Assembly: GCA_045579055.1 (NCBI GenBank) | Contig: JAZNLK010000136.1 | Location: 10,732-74,731 of the forward strand | Direction of reading: 5' to 3' | Origin: Clostridia bacterium | GTDB lineage: Bacteria > Bacillota > Clostridia > Monoglobales > Monoglobaceae | Length of the DNA stretch: 64,000 nucleotides | Shown: piece after piece, positions 53,105-63,200 of the stretch | Numbering within the stretch: position 1 is the first letter of the stretch | Layout of the letters: every line of letters begins with the position of its first letter | Position numbers and translations under genes: made by a program | The notes under the pieces: model-generated | What the model was told of the DNA's origin: nothing | Databases searched by the model: none | What the model saw: only the letters and a program-made list of their open reading frames with translations

Positions 53105-54622
53105 TTATTTAACAATCATTTCAGCAACATTCATTACGTCACGGATCGGAACAAGTGTTCCCATTGAATCCAAAAGGAATACCTTCGCAACAAGGTTTTC
53201 TGCACGTGAATCAGTTTCAAGGTTCACATCAACTGTGCCTTCAACACTGATATCAGCCGCTGCAGCGCCCTTGAACACATCGCCGTCATAAAACGCAACG
53301 ATTGCTGTGTAGTTTCCGTTGGGTTTTGTGATACCAAGTTCACCAACAATACCTGTCTCGGTCTGTTCAAAAGCTCCTGTTATAGCTACATCCAATGAGT
53401 TTGTAACCTGAATATTGTCAACAGTCCAGACTGTGTTTGCATCAACTACATCTTTGCTGGCACCATAAACGTGTGCATTACCACCTGACAAATAAACCAA
53501 ACGAATACTATCTGTATTACTACCTGTAATTTGACCAGTTGTATAGTCAACATCAACAGTCAATTCTTCCCATTCGGTTTCGCCTTCAGCTTTTCTAAAA
53601 AGGGTCATCACTGGGGCAAACCCAGATGAACGCCAAGGTTCTGCATTACCCTTGTAGGTATACTTCACGTCTTTTTCACCAACGTCACCAAGATGAATTG
53701 TACATGATTTATTGCTGGTAGCACCTTTTGAATGAAGAATAAAGCTAATGGGCTGGTCACCGCCTGTTCTCACAGCATCAAATGTAATGCTGTAATAGCT
53801 GGCATTGAGGTCTGTAAAATTAATACCTGTATTTCTCAACCAGGTATCAGCACCGCCAACCGATGTAATGGAAGACTCTGTGTTGGTATAAACAACATTT
53901 CTTTGATTGGGATAATATTTTGTAATAACCGCGTTATCCAGATAATAGTGAGCATTAAAGAGATTTGCCGTATCAACTGAAGCTGCACCCAGATTTATAT
54001 ATCTGGTGTCAAGCCCCAAATGAAATGTTGCTCCGCCACGACCGCCTGTTATATGACAAGTTGTTCCCGGAACAAGCTTTGTGTAGGCTGAATCGGGAGC
54101 ATCGGTCATCTTAACATAATAGTTCTTAACACCATTGTCCACATCAACCTTAACTGTGTTCCACATTCCATCTACAAGCGCCGAAGGATAAATGTGAACA
54201 CCTTCATAGTTGGAAAAGACAAGCGAAAAGCCGGTTGTGTTTACCACAGGATACAAATCAAAGGTAAATGTATACTTTGAACCAACAGCTGAAACACTCG
54301 AAAGGAATCCGCTTTCATATACCTGTGCCATAACATGCTTTGCAGCCTTGGTATAATCAACGTTTGCATCATACGCGGAACCGTCATATTTGAATTCCAT
54401 AACATTGTTGCCGTCAACATCTACAATACCCCATGTGCCACCTGTAGCACCATCTACCGTTTTCAGCTGTGATGAAGTACTTTCGTCTGCCCCGCCATCA
54501 AAATTTCTGACAAAGATATCAGCAGTCTTACCATAATATGCGGGAATTGCAGCATTTGTGTTGATTGCCATGAAACTTAAAAGCATCATCAGGCAAAGAG
54601 CCAAACTTATTACTTTTTTCAT
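53105..54622 (-). CDS. Secreted lectin-like protein B4 (505 aa; two jelly-roll-like modules plus the shared C-terminal module)
   Basis: Signal peptide MKKVISLALCLMMLLSFMAINTNAA. RBS AAGGAGG. The C-terminal module reads ..AIVAFYDGDVFKG..KVFLLDSMGTLVPIRDV. Confidence 0.7.
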   Translation of the reverse strand: MKKVISLALCLMMLLSFMAINTNAAIPAYYGKTADIFVRNFDGGADESTSSQLKTVDGATGGTWGIVDVDGNNVMEFKYDGSAYDANVDYTKAAKHVMAQVYESGFLSSVSAVGSKYTFTFDLYPVVNTTGFSLVFSNYEGVHIYPSALVDGMWNTVKVDVDNGVKNYYVKMTDAPDSAYTKLVPGTTCHITGGRGGATFHLGLDTRYINLGAASVDTANLFNAHYYLDNAVITKYYPNQRNVVYTNTESSITSVGGADTWLRNTGINFTDLNASYYSITFDAVRTGGDQPISFILHSKGATSNKSCTIHLGDVGEKDVKYTYKGNAEPWRSSGFAPVMTLFRKAEGETEWEELTVDVDYTTGQITGSNTDSIRLVYLSGGNAHVYGASKDVVDANTVWTVDNIQVTNSLDVAITGAFEQTETGIVGELGITKPNGNYTAIVAFYDGDVFKGAAAADISVEGTVDVNLETDSRAENLVAKVFLLDSMGTLVPIRDVMNVAEMIVK

Positions 54623-54724
54623 AAATTTTCCTCCTTAAATTAGAGTTTTGCATTCTTCTGAAAACCAAAGATTCATCCTTTGGTGGCCGGATTCAGAAAG
54701 AATAATTTAATTCTTTGTAGTTTC

Positions 54725-54753
54725 ATCTTAACCCAATTATGCTCAATTGTAAA
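54725..54753 (-). promoter_or_regulatory. Putative promoter of B4
   Basis: On the minus strand, TTTACA (54753-54748), a 17-nt spacer, then TAAGAT (54730-54725). It lies 6 nt downstream of motif copy (d). Confidence 0.45.
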
Positions 54754-54759
54754 TGTTTT

Positions 54760-54788
54760 TTCCTACTGAAAAAGTTGACATATCCTCC
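54760..54788 (-). promoter_or_regulatory. Copy (d) of the 29-bp direct-repeat motif
   Basis: The minus-strand reading is GGAGGATATGTCAACTTTTTCAGTAGGAA. Confidence 0.5.
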
Positions 54789-54815
54789 GACCCAAAATTT
54801 CCCTACCCATAAAAT

Positions 54816-54868
54816 AATGCCACTCTGTACGGAGGCAAAGAACATTCAAGCCTCAACAGAATGGCATT
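54816..54868 (-). terminator. Structured hairpin after the GH109-like gene (probable end of the B0-B3 transcription unit)
   Basis: Outer stem AATGCCACTCTG / CAGAATGGCATT (54816-54827 and 54857-54868) with an inner GAGGC/GCCTC stem. On the minus strand it is followed by ATTATTTTATGGG. Confidence 0.45.
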
Positions 54869-54895
54869 TTTCATTTTTCAAGAAATCATCAATAA

Positions 54896-56152
54896 TTAAT
54901 AAATTTCAACGCTATCATCAATACATACTTTGTCAAGACAGTATTTCCCCTCTGTGATGGGTTCACGATTAAGCCATTTTCCCTTGGTGAAATCGGGAAC
55001 CTCAATGGGCATACCGCCTCTTGCTATGGAAGCCTCAGACAAGGGAGCAATCGACATCCACAAAGCCGTGTCATAAGCATCAATGGGGGTGTTTGTGCCG
55101 TTTTTAACAGCTTCAACAAAAGCTCGTCCAACAAGCCAATCCATGCCGCCGTGACCGCCCTTTTCGCCCAAAGCCACATATTCCTTGTGAAGGGGATGGT
55201 CATATTCCTTGAACATTTCCTCTTCGTTATTCTTGTTCTTGGGACCTTCCTCCATTCCGTCAAAGAACACCACATTACCTTCCTCACTGCTGAGTCCTTT
55301 GGTTCCGCGAACAGTAAAGTTTCGGCTGTAATATGCACGGGGAGCGGTTGTGTCCAGACGGAGGTGTATTGTCTCTCCGTTTATGCAGGTGATTATGGTG
55401 TCTATTATATCGCCCTGCTTGTATTCTATGTTGGCATAAGGACTGTCCTCACCAAAGTGATCCTTGGCATATTGCTTCAACCCACCGCTTTTGGAAGCAA
55501 ATGAACTGAGTGTCAGCATCTTGTTTCCACGGTTCAGCTTGAGCACCTTGGATATGGGGCCCAGTTCATGTGTGGGGTACTGTTCGCAGTTTCTCTGTAC
55601 GTAGGAATGGATTCTGTAATGTCTGTCTATGGGTTCTTCTTTGAAAAGCTCCTCTTTTGGAAGATGATGTCCGTAAGCTCCGTCACAATGGACAATTTCG
55701 CCGTAAAGACCTTTGTCAGCAATGTTCAGTGCCATCATTTCACGTCTGCCGTAGCAGCAGTTCTCCATCATCATCACAGGAACGCCTGTTTCCTCATATG
55801 CATCAATCAAATCATAACATTCCTTGAGGTCAAATGCACAACCAACCTCAATTCCAACATACTTTCCTGCACGCATTGCCTTTATTGCCATTTCGGCACG
55901 TCCCGCCCAGGGTGTCATTATCATAACAGCATCTATTTCAGGATTATTCAGAATATCGTCATACTCTGTTGTGGTTACCGGTTCAGCACAGCCTGCCTCA
56001 CGAAGAATTTCAAGACCTTCCTCCATGGCAGGCTCGTATTTCTCACATAACATAGCAATTTCCACATCTTTAAATTGTGCAAAAACATATCTGAGCATAC
56101 CTCTGCCACGTCTACCAACGCCTACCCAACCTATTTTGATTTTTTCTTTCAT
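54896..56152 (-). CDS. Gfo/Idh/MocA NAD-dependent enzyme, GH109-like (putative alpha-N-acetylgalactosaminidase-type glycosidase), cytoplasmic
   Basis: Rossmann motif GWVGVGRRG. The ENCCYGRREMMALNIADKGLYGEIVHCDGAYGHHL block resembles GH109. There is no signal peptide. Confidence 0.7.
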   Translation of the reverse strand: MKEKIKIGWVGVGRRGRGMLRYVFAQFKDVEIAMLCEKYEPAMEEGLEILREAGCAEPVTTTEYDDILNNPEIDAVMIMTPWAGRAEMAIKAMRAGKYVGIEVGCAFDLKECYDLIDAYEETGVPVMMMENCCYGRREMMALNIADKGLYGEIVHCDGAYGHHLPKEELFKEEPIDRHYRIHSYVQRNCEQYPTHELGPISKVLKLNRGNKMLTLSSFASKSGGLKQYAKDHFGEDSPYANIEYKQGDIIDTIITCINGETIHLRLDTTAPRAYYSRNFTVRGTKGLSSEEGNVVFFDGMEEGPKNKNNEEEMFKEYDHPLHKEYVALGEKGGHGGMDWLVGRAFVEAVKNGTNTPIDAYDTALWMSIAPLSEASIARGGMPIEVPDFTKGKWLNREPITEGKYCLDKVCIDDSVEIY

Positions 56153-56166
56153 AATGTCATATCTCC

Positions 56167-56952
56167 CTATATTTCAAAAGTTGCCAAAAGCGGACAATGA
56201 TCCGATGAATCCAAAGCCTTTTGAGTTGTAAGAATTTCAAACTTCTTCGCCTTTATTTCTGAATCACCATATGTAAAAATGTAATCAAGATTGCGTTCAG
56301 GCATTGCACCGTCAACATAAATTCCTTCATCATTCAGAATGGGATATTCATGATGTGTGAAGGAGTCGGTTGTTTCCTCGGCTGTATGTCTTACGTCACA
56401 AAAACCTTCCTGAATCATCTTGTTGTACGGTTCTTCGCCCTGTTCGGAATTTATTCCGTTGTTGAAGTCGCCTCCGATTATTGCAGGGACATTATATTCT
56501 TTGGTCATTTTCTCACAGAAAGCCTTGAGCTCTGCTACATTCTGAAGCCTTTGAAGGTTATCCTCCTCACCCCTGAACATCCACCAGAAATGAGTGGAAC
56601 CGACCAACACTCTTTTTTGTGTGGTTTTATCCTCAATAACAGCCCATGCCACAGATTTTGAATTTGCGTCGTTCAATCCCGTGTAAAGAAAATATCCGCT
56701 GTCAATGAGATTATATTTTTCAGTCTTATAAAAAAGACCGGTATAATTTCTGTCAGCAAACTCCGGACAAACCTCCGAATAGGTTGCCTCAATCAGCTTG
56801 GGAAGGGGTGCAGCCCCGGCACGATTGGTGCCGGGCCCACATTCCTGAAAACAGCAAACATCTGCATCAAAATCACTGATTAGAGACGCAATCAAGGTGT
56901 TTCGATATTCACTTGGATTGAAATTCCATACATTTTGACAATATACTTTCAT
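56167..56952 (-). CDS. Endonuclease/exonuclease/phosphatase (EEP) family protein, cytoplasmic
   Basis: The pattern is typical of EEP proteins (VYCQNVWNF...CFQE...GSTHFWW...GGDFN...SDHCPL). The ATG at 56952 has RBS AAGGAG. The longer start at 56970 has no RBS. Confidence 0.75.
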   Translation of the reverse strand: MKVYCQNVWNFNPSEYRNTLIASLISDFDADVCCFQECGPGTNRAGAAPLPKLIEATYSEVCPEFADRNYTGLFYKTEKYNLIDSGYFLYTGLNDANSKSVAWAVIEDKTTQKRVLVGSTHFWWMFRGEEDNLQRLQNVAELKAFCEKMTKEYNVPAIIGGDFNNGINSEQGEEPYNKMIQEGFCDVRHTAEETTDSFTHHEYPILNDEGIYVDGAMPERNLDYIFTYGDSEIKAKKFEILTTQKALDSSDHCPLLATFEI

Positions 56953-56977
56953 ATGTCTGTCTCCTTTCAAATGTCAA

Positions 56978-59900
56978 TTATTCATATGCATAAACCAATA
57001 TCACCTGAGGATTACCGGTGTTTGAATACACCATAGCTTTATAGCGGTCAATTCCTGCAAACTGATGGGCATCAGCAACCGCCGTGATTGATGTTCCTCT
57101 GTTGGTTTCCTCAACAAGGAAAATCTTTTCAAAGGCTTCCTTTAGATAGGTTTCACCATTTCCTGCAATTGTAGTAACAGTCAGGGTGTTTTTGGTTGCT
57201 GAGCTTATGCTGCCAAACTGATATCTGTAATAGCCGTTATAATAGTCAGGATAATTTCCGCCCACAGTATACCATGTGTCGCCCATTGGTGCATCGCCGC
57301 CCACAGGTTCAACAGCCGGGTCAAAGTCAAAGATACGTTCTGCGGCTCTGACCGTGGTTCCCTGAGTCTGATAACGGATAATATCGCCAAAGCCGATGTC
57401 TGTAACAGGTTTTGCATATTTAATCTTTTCCGCATCCGACAATGCAATGAAAGCACTCATATCAACCCAGTTTTTGCTTGAAGAATTAGTGCTGAGACAT
57501 TCGGGTTTTTCCTGATACAAAAGTCCTGTTTCAATTATGCTAAGGTCTTCCTTCGCCATAAATGATGCTTCCTTCTGTGTTTCAATGTTCAAGCCCTTGA
57601 CCTGAATCACAATATCGCCGTCAGCAGACATTGTCTTTGTAACCTCCTGCACAACCAGCTGAGGTGCTGACGTGTTTGTTACGGTTGTTAGCATACCGCC
57701 TGTTGGTGCCATGGCAGAAGCACTGTATGAATTTGTTGTCACAAAAACCGTGGGATAGCCTTCCTCGTCGGGCATATATCCCTGAAGATTCTGAGTTTTG
57801 TTGGAACGATTTCCGGCAATATTCAGAACCGTTGACACGCTGTACAGCTCGTCAAAATCAGGGTCGGTGGTGAATGAACCTGCAACAACAGGCAACACAA
57901 AGGTTGCTGTGTCAGCCTTCGCCTGACCAATCATCAGGTGCTTGCTCCAGAAAGCTGACGAATCTTTTGTAAACATACCTTCTGTGATTTTCGTATCCAT
58001 TTTGCTGAATGTAATGCCATCATCCGCTTCAGCATCGCTTTGAACAATTGTGTCAATTGCTCTCAGCTCTCCATTGCCGTTGAGCTTGAATCTGATAAGC
58101 TCCTTGTCATAAATATTCTGACCTGCCGCTCTTGTCAAAGCAGAGGCAAATTCAGCTTTTTTCATGGTTACGCCGTCAACGGTAATTTTGTCTGCAACGG
58201 AATATACCTCCCATTTTTCGTCCTGAGTGAACATCTTGAATCTGATGTCGGTTGAAATAAGCTGTTCTATTCCGTATGTCTGAGAAAATGCAAACTTCCA
58301 GTCGCTCATTGCCGCCTCTTCATCTCTCTGAATCCAGAGGATTTCACCGGCTTCGTCAATATAAGCTGTAACCGCATCACCGCTCTTCACGCCTGAGCTG
58401 TCAAAATTGCTGCCGAATGCAATGGAATATTTCACGTTGTCAATCACTGCCGTTTCATCCGACAAAGCCGACAGCTTGCCGGAAATCGGCTCATTGTAAA
58501 GAATCATCCTGCAATTCTTGCCGTCAGGTGTGGAATAGAGCTTAACAACACTATCTTTTGCAACCTTGCGCATAGCCTGATTCTTGCCATATCCGTCGGT
58601 TACCGAAAGATTTTCAAGTTTCATTGTCTTGCGAACACCTTCTGTGTCAACAATTGTCATTTCTTCCTCGTCAGAAAAGGCACTTGCCAGATAATGAAGG
58701 GTATATTCTTCGATGAAAACAACGTCATATCCGCTTTTGCCGTCGTTGTTGACCAATCGAAGCTGACCGTTTTTGATGAGTAAATCGGATTTTTGGTAAA
58801 AGGGGTCAGCAACTCCGTTTTTAACAACATAGAAATTATCCGAAAGCCCGTATTTTTTCTCTTTACCTTCAGCATTTTCGGCAATTATCACGCCTGATGA
58901 AATATCCGATTCCGAAGACATAAGATATGCCGCAGGCAGAACTGCTTCAACATTATCCTCTGTCTGCCAAGCATAGAACAGTTCTCCGCTGTCAATATAA
59001 GATGCCGCAATAACCGACTTTCCCAGATATGCATCAAGAACACCTTTTGAGTCCGTAAACTCTCTGCCGCCGATTACAGCATTTCTTTCATCCCTCTTTT
59101 CGTTTCCGTCAAGGGTACTGATTCGGTTTTCCTCAACGATGCCTTCGGTGAGAACAACATTATAACGGCTTCTGAGCAAATCCTCGCCCTTCTCGTAACG
59201 CACCGACTCCGGCTCAATTGCCGCTATTCTGTATTCCGGTGCAAGAAGTGCGTTATAAAACACCGTTGCAATGTCGCCACGGCTTATGGGCTCATCATAG
59301 GATTCCATGGGAACATCCTTGAATAAGTCCATATCCTCAACAAGCTTCAAAAGCCTTGCGGTCATATTCATTTGAGAGAATACGTTTATAACATCGCTGT
59401 AGCCTATTGCACGAAGGGTCATATACATAATTTCACGCTTTGTCACATAGTCATTGGGGCGGAAATAAGCTGTTCCGTCACCTGTGATGTACCCTGAATT
59501 GTATGCTCCACATACAGCATCATAATTCTTGTGGCTTTGGGGAACATCCGCAAATGGCATTTCACCGCCTGTTGCACCGCCGAATGCATCAACAACCGCC
59601 TGTGCGGCTTCGGCGCGGGTCATAAGATGGTCAACACCATAAATATTTTCGTTAATAGGCTGTGTGAGACCCAAGTAAGACAAAAGTGTAATTACGTTCT
59701 CCTGTCTTGAGCCTGCAACGTCATCGCCAAGCACGATGGCATTGGGGTCAACAAGCTCACCGTAGATTTCCATTTCCGCCAACACGAAGATAAAAAGGTC
59801 AGTCTTTACGGCACGAACATATCGGTAAGGTGTTTTGAGTGTAATGGGAATCTCAACAGGCTCCTTGAAAGGTGCCGGAATTTCACCAAGTGCCATTACA

Positions 59901-60250
59901 CGTTCTTTTTGCGAAAAATCCGGTGTGTTTGAAAACTCAAGTGCAACTCTCATTCTGTATTCGTTCTGGTCAATATCAGGACGGGTATGAAGAATAACCG
60001 AGTTGATTCTGTAAGCCTCTCCCAAATCTATCATTATATTTTCTGCAGCTCTCAATTCTCCACGCACCCAAAGTGTTCCGGGATTTCCGTCATTGATATG
60101 CTCCACTTTGTAAGCTGTATGGGTTGAGCTTGCCACAGCAGGCTTGCCGAGAGCAAGGTTATCACCGCTTGCCGAAACAGAAACGGGTTGAAAAAATAAT
60201 GTACTTACAACAAGAGTAAGACTTAATAATAATGTAACTATTCTTTTCAA
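56978..60250 (-). CDS. Surface protein B1 (1090 aa): F5/8 type C (discoidin/CBM32-like) domain, SLH repeats and a long beta-rich region; paralog of A4
   Basis: It uses a TTG start at 60250 with RBS GAGGAGGA 6 nt upstream. Signal peptide (M)KRIVTLLLSLTLVVSTLFF. Discoidin motif NLALGKPAVASS..INDGNPGTLW. SLH repeats (MTRAEAAQAVVDAF; FADVPQSHKNYDAV..). Confidence 0.8.
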   Translation of the reverse strand: MKRIVTLLLSLTLVVSTLFFQPVSVSASGDNLALGKPAVASSTHTAYKVEHINDGNPGTLWVRGELRAAENIMIDLGEAYRINSVILHTRPDIDQNEYRMRVALEFSNTPDFSQKERVMALGEIPAPFKEPVEIPITLKTPYRYVRAVKTDLFIFVLAEMEIYGELVDPNAIVLGDDVAGSRQENVITLLSYLGLTQPINENIYGVDHLMTRAEAAQAVVDAFGGATGGEMPFADVPQSHKNYDAVCGAYNSGYITGDGTAYFRPNDYVTKREIMYMTLRAIGYSDVINVFSQMNMTARLLKLVEDMDLFKDVPMESYDEPISRGDIATVFYNALLAPEYRIAAIEPESVRYEKGEDLLRSRYNVVLTEGIVEENRISTLDGNEKRDERNAVIGGREFTDSKGVLDAYLGKSVIAASYIDSGELFYAWQTEDNVEAVLPAAYLMSSESDISSGVIIAENAEGKEKKYGLSDNFYVVKNGVADPFYQKSDLLIKNGQLRLVNNDGKSGYDVVFIEEYTLHYLASAFSDEEEMTIVDTEGVRKTMKLENLSVTDGYGKNQAMRKVAKDSVVKLYSTPDGKNCRMILYNEPISGKLSALSDETAVIDNVKYSIAFGSNFDSSGVKSGDAVTAYIDEAGEILWIQRDEEAAMSDWKFAFSQTYGIEQLISTDIRFKMFTQDEKWEVYSVADKITVDGVTMKKAEFASALTRAAGQNIYDKELIRFKLNGNGELRAIDTIVQSDAEADDGITFSKMDTKITEGMFTKDSSAFWSKHLMIGQAKADTATFVLPVVAGSFTTDPDFDELYSVSTVLNIAGNRSNKTQNLQGYMPDEEGYPTVFVTTNSYSASAMAPTGGMLTTVTNTSAPQLVVQEVTKTMSADGDIVIQVKGLNIETQKEASFMAKEDLSIIETGLLYQEKPECLSTNSSSKNWVDMSAFIALSDAEKIKYAKPVTDIGFGDIIRYQTQGTTVRAAERIFDFDPAVEPVGGDAPMGDTWYTVGGNYPDYYNGYYRYQFGSISSATKNTLTVTTIAGNGETYLKEAFEKIFLVEETNRGTSITAVADAHQFAGIDRYKAMVYSNTGNPQVILVYAYE

Positions 60251-60265
60251 ATTTCGTCCTCCTCT

Positions 60266-63200
60266 CTACTTTTCGATTATATTTAAAAATCTGTGGAATA
60301 TAACTGCCGCCTCGGCACGGGTTGCGTTGCCCATTGGCTTGAAGCTTCCGTCTGTGTAGCCGTTGATGATTCCAAGTCCGTTCAGTGTGTTCACCGCATC
60401 CTTTGCATAATCCGAAATATTTGCCGAATCCGCAAATTCTGATGTTTCACCGTCATATTCTATTCCCATCTTCGCAATGGCACGGTTGAGCATAACAGCA
60501 AGATCCTGTCTGGTCACCTTCATACCAACACCAAAATCCTGTTTTGAAACGCCGTAAACAAGCTCATTGACCTTTGCCGCCGTAACAAAGGGATAATACC
60601 ATTCGCCAACCTTGCAGTCGGAATAGTTGTTTTCGCCAAGCCCGTCGGTGGTAAGCTCCATTGCAAGGATAAGCAACTTCACCGTTTCTTCACGGGTCAG
60701 AGTTCCTGAGGGGTCAAACAATCCGTTGCCCTTTCCGGCAATGATTCCTCTTTGACTAAGTTCTGTGATGGCAGCTTCTGCCCAGCTATATGCACCGATG
60801 TCAGAAAATCCCGACTGTGGCTTTTGGGTAACCGCATCAACATTTACCTGCGGAATAACAACAGGAGAAACTCCACCGAGGTTCATTCCGCCACCACCGC
60901 CGCCACCGGAAGAGGAATGTCCTTTTTCCGTTGCTGTGACCTTGTCTTTGCTTTTCAGTTCATCCAGAATGTCAGAAACTTCCTTATCCATTCCGTCAGC
61001 ATAATCAGCCTTCACAATTGACATATTCTTTGAAAGCTTCTTTGCAATGTCAAGCATTGAATATTTTGTTTCAAGTGTGCTTTCTTCAATGCCCAGCTGC
61101 TCACTGTAATTCTCCAGTGCATACACAATGTCTTCCTGGCTTCCGTTTGCAACAAGGCAAAGTGCCGAAGCACGTCCAATTGCCTTTGCCGCAGCTTTTG
61201 CCGTTGTGGGAGCCGACTTCTGAACAGCCCCAAGGATTTCCATAAACTCTTCCTCGTCATAGCTATCAGTGAACACATCGGGCATTGAGCCGATATAAGG
61301 TGTTATGTCAGCATCACTATCAAAAAATGCACCGTCAATCACGATTGCAGCCTTTGCCGCCGCTGTAATGGCTTCAACGCTGTTCCAGTTTTCGATATTT
61401 TCATCAAACAAGCCTTTTTCAATGCCGTCTTTTGCCAGCATAAAGCTCTTTGCCATGGTTTCGGAAGCAAGAAGCTCATCCGAAACAGTTCCGAAGAATC
61501 CGCTGTTTTCCCGAACCAGTTCAGCAAAGTTTTCTTCCGTAACATTTTCAAAGTCACTAACAACAGCAGATGTATCGGTATTTGCAAACACATAACTGCT
61601 TTCCGAAAGAACCGAGTCCGGGTTATCAGTCGCAAAAACAACGCCATATTCACCCTCTGCCGCATCTGATGGCATGGTATAGTCGAATGTATACTTCCAC
61701 TCTGAATTGTCGTTTTTGGGCGACTTTGCAATAATATGTGCAAAAATGTCATCAGCACCAAAGCTTTCCGCATCTGCACCGGGCTTCAGAATAACCATTG
61801 CCATAACCGAACAATCGGCGCTGATGCTGGCACTGATGCTTGTTCCAATCTGATTATATTCAATGGCGCCTTCGTTATCGCCCTCGTATGCCGGACGTTC
61901 TGTTTGTCTGCGAAGATTTTCATAATATTTTATGATTTCTCTGCCCTTGATGAGAGCCGCTTCCCATGTGCCGCTTGTTCCGTTTTCAACTTCTGCCGTT
62001 ATTTCAAGGCTGTTGGGAGCACCAGCATGAGCCACGGTACTCTCGGCATAAAGAGTTTCCGCTCCGTCAGCTGTGTTGCGAACAAAGATACCAATGAGCT
62101 TGTGAGCATCTTCGCCGTTTAATAATTGGGTTTTGATCCGGAGTTCAGTATCACTTACCGATGCATTAATGTCGGATATTATGTAACTGTCGCCTGTTTC
62201 CGCAACCAAATCACAGATATCCGAGCTGTTGGCATACGCCTGCAAGGTGCTTATTTCAAGGCGGTTAAAGTTGTTTGCCGCTCCTGTCAGATTTGTTGCG
62301 TGGGGCTTGATTACGCCCACATAGCGATATTTGTTATCCTTTAATGCATCAGGAACTTCAACAACCACAAGTCCGCTGTCCTTCGCCGAATCACGGTTGA
62401 GGGTGTCAACCACGGCAATAACGTCATAATGACCTTCATTGAAGTTATCCTTTGCACTTGAATAGCTGTCGGTTGCAACAATTTTGAATGCATTGCCGTA
62501 GTCAGCACTGCTGTTCTTCACCTGAACCGCAACATGACTGAGCTTCACATCCATTCCCATATCCGTAATTATACGCATAGGTGCTGTTTCAGATGTTGCA
62601 TCACCTGCAGAGGTTGTTGGGTTATCGTCATTGAAGCCCGCCTTTTTGGACTCATTATACTTACTTGTATTATCATGTGAATTTGCAAGGTTTGACATAA
62701 AAATAGGCTTGTTCAAGGTCATAAGGGACACAGAGCCCGATGTCGCATCATTTTCCGCTTCAGCATTGGGAACATATACCGCAACCTCTGCAATTGCAAA
62801 GTCTGTGTCCTCAGCCGCCGCTGAACGTTCAAAAATAATGTATCTGAACTCACCTGATGTTGCTTCTTCAACGTACAGTTCTTCGCTGTCAATTGTTCCA
62901 ACATTCAATATTGCGGTTTTGTCCTTGAAAAGAAGGTCAGATACGCCATACACCGTCATATTATCGGCAGAACCCGAAAATGCAGGCAAAATGCCGATTC
63001 CTTTTACCGTATATGTATCACCCAAATCAACAATCAACTGTTCCGAATTGGATTCAAAGTTCTTTGCCTTCCAGTAGGTTTCGGCATTGCCGTCGAGGGC
63101 TTGTCTCGGAGCTGTTCCTTCATCGGAGCTCAATGCAAAAGAAGGCTTGCCTGCCGCAACATCCGAATACTGGCTCAAATCAAAGCCATCATCGGGAATG

